Shown here piece by piece: positions 1 through 9,012 of a DNA stretch of 23,310 nucleotides. The stretch is taken from the NCBI GenBank assembly GCA_044236265.1, contig JBIIGV010000041.1:1-23310 (forward strand). Direction: 5' to 3'. Within the stretch, counting starts at the first letter, position 1; each line of letters starts with the position of its first letter. Origin of the DNA: Oligoflexales bacterium (lineage in GTDB: Bacteria; Bdellovibrionota_B; Oligoflexia; Oligoflexales; RGVZ01). Under the pieces are notes generated by a model. That model saw only the letters and a list, made by a program, of their open reading frames with translations. It was not told where the DNA came from and did not search any database. The position numbers and the translations under genes are program-made.

Positions 1-549
1 TTCACGCTCCTCAGGCTTGAGTTCGAGACGAACGTATGTCCCAATGTCGTATCGAGGATCTCTCAAGTCAAAAGGGACTTTGAACTCCAACGAAACATCT
101 GGAAACCCACCGGTAACCACCGGTACTCCGAGTGATCTAATATTTTCAAACAATAGTTTGGCTCGTTGGGAAAAGTCTGGCGCATTCTCACTAAACATCG
201 CGTCTATGATGATGAGCCGAGGACGACGCTCAGCTATAGCACTTAAAATATCACCCCATAGTTCAAGACTTGGCATTGGCTTGCCAAGCATGGCAAACGT
301 ATCATCATCGATCGCGTAGATTTTAAGACGCTCGTCTTGTTTCGGCGCGTAGCCAAGTAACCTACGAACCTGAAAATTTAATGGATCACTAATTTTTGCA
401 TCGAGGTAGGTGCCTACACTAAAAAAAGCTAAGAGCAAGAAAACGGCAATCCATGATCCTGTCACAAGACTTACGGTTTGGGATTTTAGCCCGTAAGACT
501 TGAGCCAGTGCTGTTGACTGTCGTTTTTTTCAATAGGTTCGAATGACAT
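1..549 (-). CDS. CHASE2-domain membrane sensor protein (N-terminal part; continues beyond window start)
   Basis: Not in the ORF track because it has no stop in the window. Manual translation from ATG 549: MSFEPIEK...WIAVFLLLAFFSVG (TM)...LKIYAIDDDTFAMLGKPMPSLELWGDILSAIAERRPRLIIIDAMFSE, which fits the CHASE2 pattern IxIxAIDDxs...wxxxlxxL....xIxxDxxFxE. The output domain is outside the window. Confidence 0.8.
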   Translation of the reverse strand, partial: MSFEPIEKNDSQQHWLKSYGLKSQTVSLVTGSWIAVFLLLAFFSVGTYLDAKISDPLNFQVRRLLGYAPKQDERLKIYAIDDDTFAMLGKPMPSLELWGDILSAIAERRPRLIIIDAMFSENAPDFSQRAKLLFENIRSLGVPVVTGGFPDVSLEFKVPFDLRDPRYDIGTYVRLELKPEERE

Positions 550-597
550 AATCGATGCTTTGCCTTACTAAGGTCGCCTCAGAGATCCCCCCCTTCT

Positions 598-624
598 TAT
601 TCGGAAAAAATTAGACAGCTGTGA
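598..624 (-). promoter_or_regulatory. putative sigma28 (FliA) promoter for the CHASE2 gene
   Basis: Minus strand TCAC-N15-TCCGAATA. Same -35 tetramer and spacing as the motif upstream of fliD. Confidence 0.5.
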
Positions 625-643
625 CAGGCTCAATTTGGCAGTT

Positions 644-660
644 TGTCAAAAATCCTGACA
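644..660. promoter_or_regulatory. putative enhancer (bEBP binding) palindrome
   Basis: TGTCA-aaaatcc-TGACA, about 90-100 bp upstream of the sigma54 -24 element and followed by an AT-rich, IHF-like tract (683-720). Confidence 0.45.
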
Positions 661-744
661 TTTCCCTCGCCTCGCCTCAGATCTTGTTTTTTATAACACA
701 TTGTATTTACTTGTTTTTTAAGCGCATCCTCTGCTTCCCCCGAG

Positions 745-761
745 TTGGCAAGATCCTTGCT
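745..761 (+). promoter_or_regulatory. sigma54 (-24/-12) promoter
   Basis: TTGGCAAGATCCTTGCT = GG-N10-GC with the TGGCA and TTGC consensus, about 50 bp upstream of ATG 813 (RBS AGGAGG at 800-805). Confidence 0.75.
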
Positions 762-812
762 TAGACTAAGCTACACATAAACACAGCCTAGAGGCATTCA
801 GGAGGACTTAGT

Positions 813-1940
813 ATGAAAACCGGAATTATCGCAGCTCTTATGACAGCAGCTCTCGCAGCATCTTGCTCAATCAATGTAGATGTTAAGAAGGATGCCAAGA
901 ACAGCAAGCTGCAGGGAACGACATCAAGCTCAGCTAACCTAGCCGGTTCTAAAGACTTCCTTAAACAACTCGATGGCCTTCGCACCACAGCTGCTGATCT
1001 GATTGTAAAAGAGTTAGCAAGCCAAGATTATGTCGGCGCATTCCGCAATTCCGTACGTCAGTACCGAAAGTTCATCATTGAAAAATCCTCTCAGCCAGTC
1101 GTTATAACTGACAGTTTCTACAGCGATGCCTCCAAAGACTGCCGCTCCAGCGGACTTAGTCTCAACTTGGATGACAATAACGAAATGCTAGGAATGATTC
1201 TAAAGACTGTTGCTCTCGCAAAACTGAGCGAGGCTGATGTAGGTAAAATTAATGCTGGTTTGGCAAAGGAAATGCAGGCCATTACCCAGTTTATCACGAT
1301 GGAACTAGGCGTAGATATCCAGGGTACAAGCTCTGCAACAGAAGTAAATGGAATGAAAGTCACTAAGGGCAACGTGGCCATCAGATTGAAGCCACTTGCT
1401 GACGAGCAGGTCGATGCAAGCGTTAAGCGTTCTGATGAAGTTGAAGTGTTAAACCTAAACTTTGAACGTGGACTTGCTTCCGATAATACCGGAACATTTG
1501 TTGCTACCATGGATCTTGCATATGAAAAAGCTGGCGTTCTCAGCGAAGCGGCTGGTTCTCTGACTGTATCTCGCGCGAAAGAAGATGACCATCACATCCA
1601 TGACGTTGTCATGAGCATGGGCACTAAAGGCGAAACTCCAGCGTACACTAGAGAAATTATCGTACGCGATGTCAAGGCTGACCCTATGAAGTTCCTCTTC
1701 CTGGACATTATGAACGTCGGCACAGCAAACGAAACCAGGAATGCATCTGTGATTGATTTGAAAGCTGGTACTCAGTGCAAAGGAACATCGATTCCTGACG
1801 CTGAGAAGCCAACTGAAACCTCAGATCCGATAAAGGCAGAGGAGCCAACGATCGCGGAGCCAACCACTCCTGTTCAAAGCCCAAGCCAAACTCCTGTTCA
1901 AAGCAAGAGTAAATCGGCTTCACCGACTCAAATGAAGTAA
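813..1940 (+). CDS. hypothetical lipoprotein with a Pro/Thr/Ser/Gln-rich disordered C-terminal tail
   Basis: Signal peptide with lipobox LAAS-C, strong RBS, 375 aa. The tail EKPTET...PVQSPSQTPVQS includes a 15-bp direct repeat (1866-1880, 1890-1904). Confidence 0.85.
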   Translation: MKTGIIAALMTAALAASCSINVDVKKDAKNSKLQGTTSSSANLAGSKDFLKQLDGLRTTAADLIVKELASQDYVGAFRNSVRQYRKFIIEKSSQPVVITDSFYSDASKDCRSSGLSLNLDDNNEMLGMILKTVALAKLSEADVGKINAGLAKEMQAITQFITMELGVDIQGTSSATEVNGMKVTKGNVAIRLKPLADEQVDASVKRSDEVEVLNLNFERGLASDNTGTFVATMDLAYEKAGVLSEAAGSLTVSRAKEDDHHIHDVVMSMGTKGETPAYTREIIVRDVKADPMKFLFLDIMNVGTANETRNASVIDLKAGTQCKGTSIPDAEKPTETSDPIKAEEPTIAEPTTPVQSPSQTPVQSKSKSASPTQMK

Positions 1941-1976
1941 TGAGCAGTCTCTCCCCCTAATGACTGTGTGTGGTTA

Positions 1977-2015
1977 GGAGCTTTGGCCAAATAGGTCAAA
2001 GCTCCAATTCTTTTT
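1977..2015. terminator. intrinsic terminator between convergent genes, possibly bidirectional
   Basis: GGAGCTTTGGCC-AAATA-GGTCAAAGCTCC 12-bp stem followed by AATTCTTTTT. Confidence 0.75.
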
Positions 2016-2028
2016 AGAAAATATATCT

Positions 2029-2676
2029 TCAAGGTGCCAAACGACGCCAAATCCAGCTGCCGGAATCTTTCGGGAAAGCCTTCAGGCGATCGTGGAGGCG
2101 ATTGGGCCTCCCCTGCCAAAATTCAAAATCAAGCGGCACCAGCCGAAACCCACCCCAGTGCGGAGGTCGAGGAATCGATGCTTCGCCACTGAAGCGGTTC
2201 GCTTGCTCCTCTAGCCGCTGCTCTAACTCCTCCCGTGACGCCAAAAACTGACTCTGAGGAGATGCCCATGCGCCCAACTGACTATCTCTTGGTCTCGAGG
2301 CAAAGTACTGATCGCTTTCCGCTGAGGAAATACGCTCAACACGCCCCCGAACCCGCACCTGCCGCTCAAGCGCTTTCCACAAGAATTGCACCTCAGCTTT
2401 AGGATTTCTGTCTAGTTGACGCCCTTTTGCACTCAAATAGTTAGTAAAAAACGTAATGCCCTCTGTCGAAAGCCCTCGCATCAGCACGATGCGGCTTACA
2501 GGATAACCGTCTTCGTCAAGTGTCGATAAACTCATCGCATTGGCGTCAACCTCGCCGGAGCCAACTGCGGCTTGATACCAGTCTTCAAGTAGCTTACACG
2601 GATCAGAAGGAACTTGATCCTCCAACAGTGTCCCCTTGGCAAAGTCCCGACGCGAATGTTTCATATCCCCAGTCAT
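2029..2676 (-). CDS. pdxH: pyridoxamine 5'-phosphate oxidase
   Basis: Motifs AMSLST, SRIVLMRG, FFTNYLSAKGRQL, RQVRVRG, YFASRPRDSQLGAWASPQS, RPPHWGG, EFWQGRPNRLHDR. Confidence 0.97.
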   Translation of the reverse strand: MTGDMKHSRRDFAKGTLLEDQVPSDPCKLLEDWYQAAVGSGEVDANAMSLSTLDEDGYPVSRIVLMRGLSTEGITFFTNYLSAKGRQLDRNPKAEVQFLWKALERQVRVRGRVERISSAESDQYFASRPRDSQLGAWASPQSQFLASREELEQRLEEQANRFSGEASIPRPPHWGGFRLVPLDFEFWQGRPNRLHDRLKAFPKDSGSWIWRRLAP

Positions 2677-2780
2677 GAGCCATGACCCCCAAAAAAGTAC
2701 CTAGTTGACGCCCTCACCCTTAAAGACAACAATATCATGGGTTGTTGATTCCTATGACTTAATTTTATGAGGCGATCCTA

Positions 2781-3818
2781 ATGACTGCAAAAATCACCAT
2801 CATGCTGCTTACAATGTTGGGATTCATTGGCGTTTCCGGGCCTGTCCAAGCTAAATCTTTTTATGAATATTGCCTACACCCGGCCAACGATGCCGAACGC
2901 GACACCGTTATCGCAATCATGATTGAGATGAAAGTATGGCAGAGGCTAAACGAAGAAAATTGCCAGTTCGCGGCCGAACTTTTGCGACAGAAAACCTATC
3001 TGAATATTTTTCCAGACCCCTTTGATGCCGCGCACAATCCAGCGTCTAATCTCAAACCTTTGGAAGAGGAAACCCAACTCCGAAGCCTTTCACTGGCGCG
3101 CAATGAGATAACTGACATTAGCCCTCTCTCAAAACTCACGGAGTTAAAGCAACTCAACATCAACTACAACCCCATCTCCGACATCTCAACTGTGGCAAAA
3201 TTCAAGCGGCTTGAGGAGCTTGATGCAACTGAAACTCGGGTTGTTGATTTGCGTCCAATTTCAGATCTACCAATGCTGAACACCTTATCCCTGTCAAAAA
3301 CAGGCATTTCGGATCTATCGCCAGTCAGGTCGCTGCGACACCTTAAAAATATTTACCTCAGCCAAAACCTTGTGCGAGATGCCTCACCATTGGACCACCT
3401 TGCACTGGAGTATCTGACGATTGATACAAACCAAATAGAAAGACTTGATATTACACAGTCTCAGGCAACATTAAAAATGCTCGAAGCGTCAAACAACAAG
3501 CTCTCTGAGATTGTCGGGATAGATAAACTATTGAAAATCGATGCTATTAGTATCGCTAGCAATACAATTTCCGACTTGAACCAGATCGCTGGATTGAAAA
3601 CCCTACGATTCCTGAATATAAGACATAATCAGGTACGGTCGATCGAGCCTCTTGGGAATCTTATAGACCTCGAGCATTTATTGCTCGATGGAAACCAGAT
3701 CTGTGAAATTCCTGATTCAGTGAGAGCTCTTCAGCTGGATCATATGAATTCAAAAGGAAAATGGATCACACTTGAAATTGTCGGTGAGAATGACCAAATT
3801 GGATGCTCCCAACAGTGA
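2781..3818 (+). CDS. secreted internalin-type leucine-rich repeat protein
   Basis: Signal peptide (VQA|K) and about 10 22-residue repeats of the form LxxLxLxxNxIxDIxPLxxL. Confidence 0.9.
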   Translation: MTAKITIMLLTMLGFIGVSGPVQAKSFYEYCLHPANDAERDTVIAIMIEMKVWQRLNEENCQFAAELLRQKTYLNIFPDPFDAAHNPASNLKPLEEETQLRSLSLARNEITDISPLSKLTELKQLNINYNPISDISTVAKFKRLEELDATETRVVDLRPISDLPMLNTLSLSKTGISDLSPVRSLRHLKNIYLSQNLVRDASPLDHLALEYLTIDTNQIERLDITQSQATLKMLEASNNKLSEIVGIDKLLKIDAISIASNTISDLNQIAGLKTLRFLNIRHNQVRSIEPLGNLIDLEHLLLDGNQICEIPDSVRALQLDHMNSKGKWITLEIVGENDQIGCSQQ

Positions 3819-5014
3819 CGTCTAAATCGGAATTTCGCCTCAAAGTAGTCGGACTTAGCGCCTCGGATCTTGATGTTATAAGATCTTTGAGACGTAGCAT
3901 GAGCGCGCAGATACCTGCGATCGTCGACTCTTTTTACTTGGAAATGACGCAACACTCTGACCTGAGAGAAATCATCTCACAACACACAACGACCGACCGA
4001 TTAAAGAAAACGTTTACCATGTATATTGAGCGTTTGTTTAAAGGTGAGATTGACCCAGTTTACGACGAGGAAAGAATTCAGATCGGCAAAACGCATTACC
4101 GTGTCGGACTTCCACTAAAATGGTACCTTGGAATGTTTTCCATTTTAGAGCACAGGATTCTAAACGCTCTTGAATCCACACGTGCTGCAATGAACCCTGA
4201 TAATTGGGTGCAAACTTATACTGCGATTTCTCGTCTAATGAAGTACGACCAACTACTCGCGGTCGACGCCTATGTCGACGCTCATACGACCGAATTGCGA
4301 CGTCAAACAGAAGAGGCAGAGCGATCACGCGAGGCAAAAAGCCTTTTTCTCGCCCAAGTCAGCCACGAGCTCAGGACGCCACTTTCTTCAATCCTGGGGT
4401 ACACGGACCTAATTTTAGATACCGCGAAAGAAATCTCTCCATCAACAAGACAACATCTGTCGGTGCTGCATCGTAACGCAACGAATCTGCTTTCGTTGAT
4501 CAACGGTTTGATTGAAATCGGTCAGGCGGATAGTGGCAGATGGAAGACTGAAGAGACTTTTGCACAAATCAATGACCTATTTGACGATATAGCGACCAAC
4601 GCGGAGGGCTTGTTAGCCGGAAAACCGGTCCAATTCATTCGAGACTATAATAAACGCGGCAAATTCAAGGCTGTACTTGATTTTTCCAAACTTAGACAAA
4701 TTCTCCTGAACTTGGTCAGCAACGCCTGTAAATTCACTGATTCAGGATATGTCGCACTTGATTTCGAAAAAGTAGATCAACGCCTGGTGATCAGGGTTCG
4801 AGACTCAGGCCCAGGAATTCCAGACGTCTATCGTGATCAAATATTTGAGGAGTTTTTCAGAATTCCATCGGAAAGCTCAAAAAAGCCTGGCAGCGGACTA
4901 GGGCTAACGTTGGTAAAAAGTCTCGCCAGCTCCATGGGTGGCTCAGTCGACGTCTCCCCAGAAAGCCCCAAGGGAACAATCTTCACAGTTAAACTTCCGC
5001 TGAAGTCAGTCTAG
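3803..5014 (+). CDS. globin-coupled sensor histidine kinase (protoglobin/sensor globin + HisKA + HATPase_c)
   Basis: Globin motifs IVDSFY (B10 Tyr) and RIQIGKTHYRVGLPLKWY (proximal His); H-box FLAQVSHELRTPL; N box QILLNLVSNACKFT; G1 DSGPGI; G2 GSGLGL. The true start may be GTG 3815, overlapping the LRR stop codon. Confidence 0.92.
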   Translation: MLPTVTSKSEFRLKVVGLSASDLDVIRSLRRSMSAQIPAIVDSFYLEMTQHSDLREIISQHTTTDRLKKTFTMYIERLFKGEIDPVYDEERIQIGKTHYRVGLPLKWYLGMFSILEHRILNALESTRAAMNPDNWVQTYTAISRLMKYDQLLAVDAYVDAHTTELRRQTEEAERSREAKSLFLAQVSHELRTPLSSILGYTDLILDTAKEISPSTRQHLSVLHRNATNLLSLINGLIEIGQADSGRWKTEETFAQINDLFDDIATNAEGLLAGKPVQFIRDYNKRGKFKAVLDFSKLRQILLNLVSNACKFTDSGYVALDFEKVDQRLVIRVRDSGPGIPDVYRDQIFEEFFRIPSESSKKPGSGLGLTLVKSLASSMGGSVDVSPESPKGTIFTVKLPLKSV

Positions 5015-5082
5015 ATGTTCCAAACAAAGAAATGGACCAAAAGGCACCTATTTGAAGCCATTTCATCGTAGTGCACGTCGTT

Positions 5083-6237
5083 TCAAAGTGCGGGAGCGTC
5101 ACTTTCCGCAGCAATGGCAGCTTCATAGATTTTCGACAGTTCACTCCATTTAATGATAGCTCCACCAGCTCTGTTATTTGATACATCCTCAAATTTAGGC
5201 GTGGAGTTCGTCCACAAAAAATCAGGACGCTGCTCACTAAGCCACGCGCCGCCGATAATCATCCCGCGACGGTTGATTTCAAGTCTATAACTGTAGGTTC
5301 TTGTCATCATTTTACTGCCTACCGATGCCCATTCTGGGCTAATCTCAGCACCATACTGAATCGTAGTTTCCACTGTGACCTCACGCACCGTCCAAAACGA
5401 GGCACCTCGAGACCTACCGCGGGATTCACTTAAAACTTTTGTGGAGAAGCTCGCAATTGGTTGATTCCAAACTTCGATGTCACGAGTCAAATCGGCAATA
5501 AAACCCTTTTTTTGGATACCAATTAAATTGGCCAAGACAAGATGAAAAGCTCCAGCGTTCGTATCACGACATCCCGGTTTATTTGCTGCCTCCGGATTTT
5601 TTGAAAAATCATCATTGCAGCGCGCTGCGATCATCCGACTTTCAACACGGGCGTAATCTGCAGAGTAAAGACTTAAAAGCGCTTTGATATCGGACGACCC
5701 GAAAGGAATCGCTAGTCCATTCGCTCCAGTCAACGTGATTGCCTTTGGCTCTTTGAAAGCAAGAGACGCAGGGGCCCAACCATGGCAAATCCCGAACCAC
5801 GCTTCATCATCCGGACTTGTACGTTTGATCTCGCTATTGAAGAGAGTAAAAGAATCGTCACCAACAAAAAGATCAAACTTCTCCGCAGGTGATAAGCGGG
5901 ACAACTGCGCAGGATCCATCAATTTAGCTTGATCAAACGTCACGGGATTGACATCGTGGCCACTGATGTCATCTCGCCACCGGACAGCGAGTCCACCGCG
6001 ATAGCTCGGCCAGTAGGAATCAGTCCAAGGCTGGCGATCAAGCTGACCTGAAAGTGGCAGTGACTGAAACACAACTTCATAATCGGAAGGCAACATGCGG
6101 ATCGGTTCATTTGCCTGATCCCACCGCTCTTTAAGCCTCGCAACATTTTCATGACGTAAATCTGTGGATGCGCCGCAGCTTGTGATGATCAGCAAAAAAA
6201 ACATCAAACCCGCTTTTCGAAACATAGATGCCCCCAT
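5083..6237 (-). CDS. lipoprotein of the transglutaminase-elicitor (Phytophthora GP42-like) family
   Basis: Lipobox ITS-C. Family motifs WTDSYWP, LSPAEKFD, WFGICHGWA (catalytic Cys-His), FGSSDIKAL (Asp), DTNAGAFH, EVWNQP, YSYRLE..IIGGAW...PDFLW. Confidence 0.85.
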   Translation of the reverse strand: MGASMFRKAGLMFFLLIITSCGASTDLRHENVARLKERWDQANEPIRMLPSDYEVVFQSLPLSGQLDRQPWTDSYWPSYRGGLAVRWRDDISGHDVNPVTFDQAKLMDPAQLSRLSPAEKFDLFVGDDSFTLFNSEIKRTSPDDEAWFGICHGWAPASLAFKEPKAITLTGANGLAIPFGSSDIKALLSLYSADYARVESRMIAARCNDDFSKNPEAANKPGCRDTNAGAFHLVLANLIGIQKKGFIADLTRDIEVWNQPIASFSTKVLSESRGRSRGASFWTVREVTVETTIQYGAEISPEWASVGSKMMTRTYSYRLEINRRGMIIGGAWLSEQRPDFLWTNSTPKFEDVSNNRAGGAIIKWSELSKIYEAAIAAESDAPAL

Positions 6238-6361
6238 GTGTGTCGTTGAATTGGGACCTTTAAATCCCTGTCAAATTATTAATTCGACGGATTTTTTAAC
6301 AGATTCTTAAAACAAGGCAAGGTTATTTTAGGCTTTTTAAAAAATCGGCCAACCAATCAAC

Positions 6362-6391
6362 TTGCACTGGGATAGCGTCCATTGCTACGTT
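6362..6391 (+). promoter_or_regulatory. possible sigma70 promoter
   Basis: TTGCAC-N18-TACGTT with an extended -10 TG, upstream of ATG 6419. Confidence 0.3.
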
Positions 6392-6418
6392 TACCCCCTC
6401 AAACTCGAGGGAACCTAA

Positions 6419-7603
6419 ATGCCCGGTCCAATTGCAAAATCTGAAAACAGCGTTCTCATTGTCGATGACAATGAGGATAACCTCCAGCTGTTACAGGCTA
6501 TTTTTGATTCGGCCGGCTTCCGGACTCTCAAAGCCAGCTCGGTAGCCGAGGCCAAGGCAGTACTAGCTAAGGGCCCTCCCGAGGTCGACTTGGTGCTCTC
6601 CGATATCAGCATGCCTGGTGAAACGGGCTTTGATCTCCTCCGCTGGATTCGAGATCCGGGTAACCAAGTCCATCAAATTCCAGTTTTATTGATTACAGCC
6701 GCGCTACCAGAGGACGTCCATCGTATTAAGGGACTTTCCATGGGGGCCGTTGACTACATTGTGCGACCCATCAACAATCAAGAGCTCGTCCTTCGGGTAA
6801 AAAATGCCCTCGATCACTTTAAGCAATTCAGGTCTTTGCAGCGTTCTTTGGAAAACTCCGAAGACATGGCTAACACCGGGCGCATCTTGGCCGCATCCAA
6901 TCATGAAATTAGAAACATCGTTGGATTGATCAATATTTGTACGGAGCAGGCGCTGATCGGCGCTGAGCGCGGCGAATCAATGAGTCCAGGAACCACAGGA
7001 TTTCAATCACTCTCGTCACTATCAAAAATGACAAAAATGCTGACTGATATTGCAAAGGATCTAAATTCACACATCCACACAGAGCGAGTTCGAACAAACA
7101 TTTGTAGTGTCCGCGACATCATCGATAATATGCTCTCGCTTACTGAGCAAAAGCTACGAGGCATTCAGATAGCTAGACCAATTGTCAGCGACCAATACTA
7201 CGTTCGAGCCGATGCCACCCGTGTACTCCAGATTTTACTGAACTTTTCTCTTAATGCACTAGACGCCATTGAGGAAAAGGGCGCACGTTCGAAAGGTCGT
7301 CTTGAGATCAAAGTAACCGAAAGTTCCCATGATATTCTTCAAATCCGCGTTAGTGATAATGGGATCGGTCTGGTAACTGCAGCAAAAAAAATTGAGTTTC
7401 AGCCCTTTGAAACCACTAAAGCGGTCAAAGGCGGCAAGGGGCTCGGCCTCTGGCTTTGCTCACGACTGGCAAATGCGATGGACGGTTCGATTTTTCTCGA
7501 AAGCAAGGGCCCCGGTTTCGGAACAACCGCAGTTTTAGAACTTAAAAGAGCAACGCCAAATCGAGACACCGATTTAAATCTCACAGAGTATTTTATTGAT
7601 TAG
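6419..7603 (+). CDS. hybrid receiver-histidine kinase (REC-HisKA-HATPase_c) without a sensor domain
   Basis: REC: VLIVDD, DLVLSDISMPGETG, VLLIT, GAVDYIVRP (the usual Lys is Arg). H-box ASNHEIRN; QILLNFSLNALDA; DNGIG; TTK...GKGLGL. Confidence 0.9.
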   Translation: MPGPIAKSENSVLIVDDNEDNLQLLQAIFDSAGFRTLKASSVAEAKAVLAKGPPEVDLVLSDISMPGETGFDLLRWIRDPGNQVHQIPVLLITAALPEDVHRIKGLSMGAVDYIVRPINNQELVLRVKNALDHFKQFRSLQRSLENSEDMANTGRILAASNHEIRNIVGLINICTEQALIGAERGESMSPGTTGFQSLSSLSKMTKMLTDIAKDLNSHIHTERVRTNICSVRDIIDNMLSLTEQKLRGIQIARPIVSDQYYVRADATRVLQILLNFSLNALDAIEEKGARSKGRLEIKVTESSHDILQIRVSDNGIGLVTAAKKIEFQPFETTKAVKGGKGLGLWLCSRLANAMDGSIFLESKGPGFGTTAVLELKRATPNRDTDLNLTEYFID

Positions 7604-8927
7604 CCGTGGCAAAGCGAGTGGACAAAAAATGTCCTTGTGATTCAAGACCGGCAACTTTTGCATCTAAATTGCCAAGCGTTTTTTCCAGCTGCGTCCGCCG
7701 CTCAGCTAGGCGCTGCTCTTTTTTCTGAATATCTAGATCTTGGTTCCTGATTCTCTGCTCTAAACCTCGAAGTCTACCACCAACTCCACCGGCAGCTTTG
7801 TCTTTCATAGACTTAATGGCATCACTTAATCGTGACGCCAGTCCAGGCCCATCATCAGTTGAGGCAAAAATTTTCATGACGCCATCGTAGTTGTTGGATA
7901 GAGCCTCTTTTAATTTACCTTCATCAAGTCGCAACTCACCAGTCTTGGCATTCGTTGTGATGCCGACATCAGCAAGGTTTGAAGACATGAGAGCATTTTG
8001 CAACGATCGATTGACTTGCCGAACAGCGCTATCACCCACAATGGCGACTGGGGCATCAGTTGGATTCTCCTTAGCAACCGTGCCTTTTGCGAACTGGTGA
8101 ACGCCATTGTACTGACTGACAAATTCTTTTATTGAGCCAGCTGTCTTTTCAACGTCATGCTTAACATTTACGGTTATCTCTTGGCCCGGAGCTGATTTAC
8201 CAGCGCGCAGAGTTAAACCTCCTACGAGCTCATCGATTTGACTACCGTTGCGACGAAAATCGACTCCCTCGAACTTGCCAGTGAGATCCTGTCCAGATAC
8301 CTTATCTCCGAAATCCATGAACGTCGTATCTGGATCGATTTCAACACGCGCATCAGCACCCGGGGACATCGCAGAAACCATAAGGCGATAGGGATCGTCT
8401 TTGCTTCCCGTATTAACGATCGTAGCCCTTACACCGCCTACCGTGTCGTTAATACGTCTTGCGACGTCGTTCAAAGTTTCATTGGGTTCTACGACAATCT
8501 CATGCGATTGATCACCCGATATAACGTTCATAAAACCAAAACCAACGGGTGTTTTATCCCGATCAGGAAACCCCATAGCTAAGGCCTTCTGGGAGCGAGG
8601 CATAGATGCAATTTCTAGGGTATGACTTCCGATTTCAATCGGCCCCGTGATTTCGCCTGTAAGAATTTCTGGATTTGACGATTCGACTGTCAATTTGCGA
8701 AATCCGGACGGTAATTTCATATCGTCAGCAGATGCTTGAAGTTTTCCCAGTAATGAGTCGAGAGTTGCAAATCCGTTTTTCTTGGCGACAGTCTGATCTT
8801 TTTTTCCTTTGGCCGTCGTCACCTGGGAGGCTTCAATTGCAAGCATTTCATCAATCATCGCTCCACGCGACGATTGACTTGCCACTGAATTCGCCATTGC
8901 ATTTGCCGGGATCCCGGTAATACGCAT
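7593..8927 (-). CDS. fliD: flagellar filament cap protein FliD (standalone copy)
   Basis: N-terminal coiled coil, VESSNPEIL, TLNDVARRIN..GVRATIVN, IKEFVSQYN, GDSAVR, LADVGITT..TGELRLDEGKLKEAL, and a C-terminal coiled coil. RBS GGAGG. The 3' end overlaps the convergent HK by 11 bp. Confidence 0.9.
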   Translation of the reverse strand: MRITGIPANAMANSVASQSSRGAMIDEMLAIEASQVTTAKGKKDQTVAKKNGFATLDSLLGKLQASADDMKLPSGFRKLTVESSNPEILTGEITGPIEIGSHTLEIASMPRSQKALAMGFPDRDKTPVGFGFMNVISGDQSHEIVVEPNETLNDVARRINDTVGGVRATIVNTGSKDDPYRLMVSAMSPGADARVEIDPDTTFMDFGDKVSGQDLTGKFEGVDFRRNGSQIDELVGGLTLRAGKSAPGQEITVNVKHDVEKTAGSIKEFVSQYNGVHQFAKGTVAKENPTDAPVAIVGDSAVRQVNRSLQNALMSSNLADVGITTNAKTGELRLDEGKLKEALSNNYDGVMKIFASTDDGPGLASRLSDAIKSMKDKAAGGVGGRLRGLEQRIRNQDLDIQKKEQRLAERRTQLEKTLGNLDAKVAGLESQGHFLSTRFATANQ

Positions 8928-8943
8928 AAGCCCTCCAACTCAT

Positions 8944-8970
8944 GGATCGGCGGGATCTCATCAAGAGTGA
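8944..8970 (-). promoter_or_regulatory. putative sigma28 (FliA) promoter for fliD
   Basis: Minus strand TCAC-N15-GCCGATCC. fliD is a classical sigma28 target. Confidence 0.65.
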
Positions 8971-9012
8971 GGACTGTGATTTAAGGATTTTATAAAAATG
9001 TCAATTTTAGGC

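Noticed and set aside
17..319. 100-aa + strand ORF
   Set aside because: Shadow of the minus-strand CHASE2 gene.
1866..1904. 15-bp direct repeat as a CRISPR or mobile-element trace
   Set aside because: Only two in-frame copies encoding a low-complexity PVQS linker.
6281..6309. TAAG...GTCGAATT as a sigma28 promoter for the transglutaminase gene
   Set aside because: 17-bp spacer and a degenerate -10, inconsistent with the three N15 examples.
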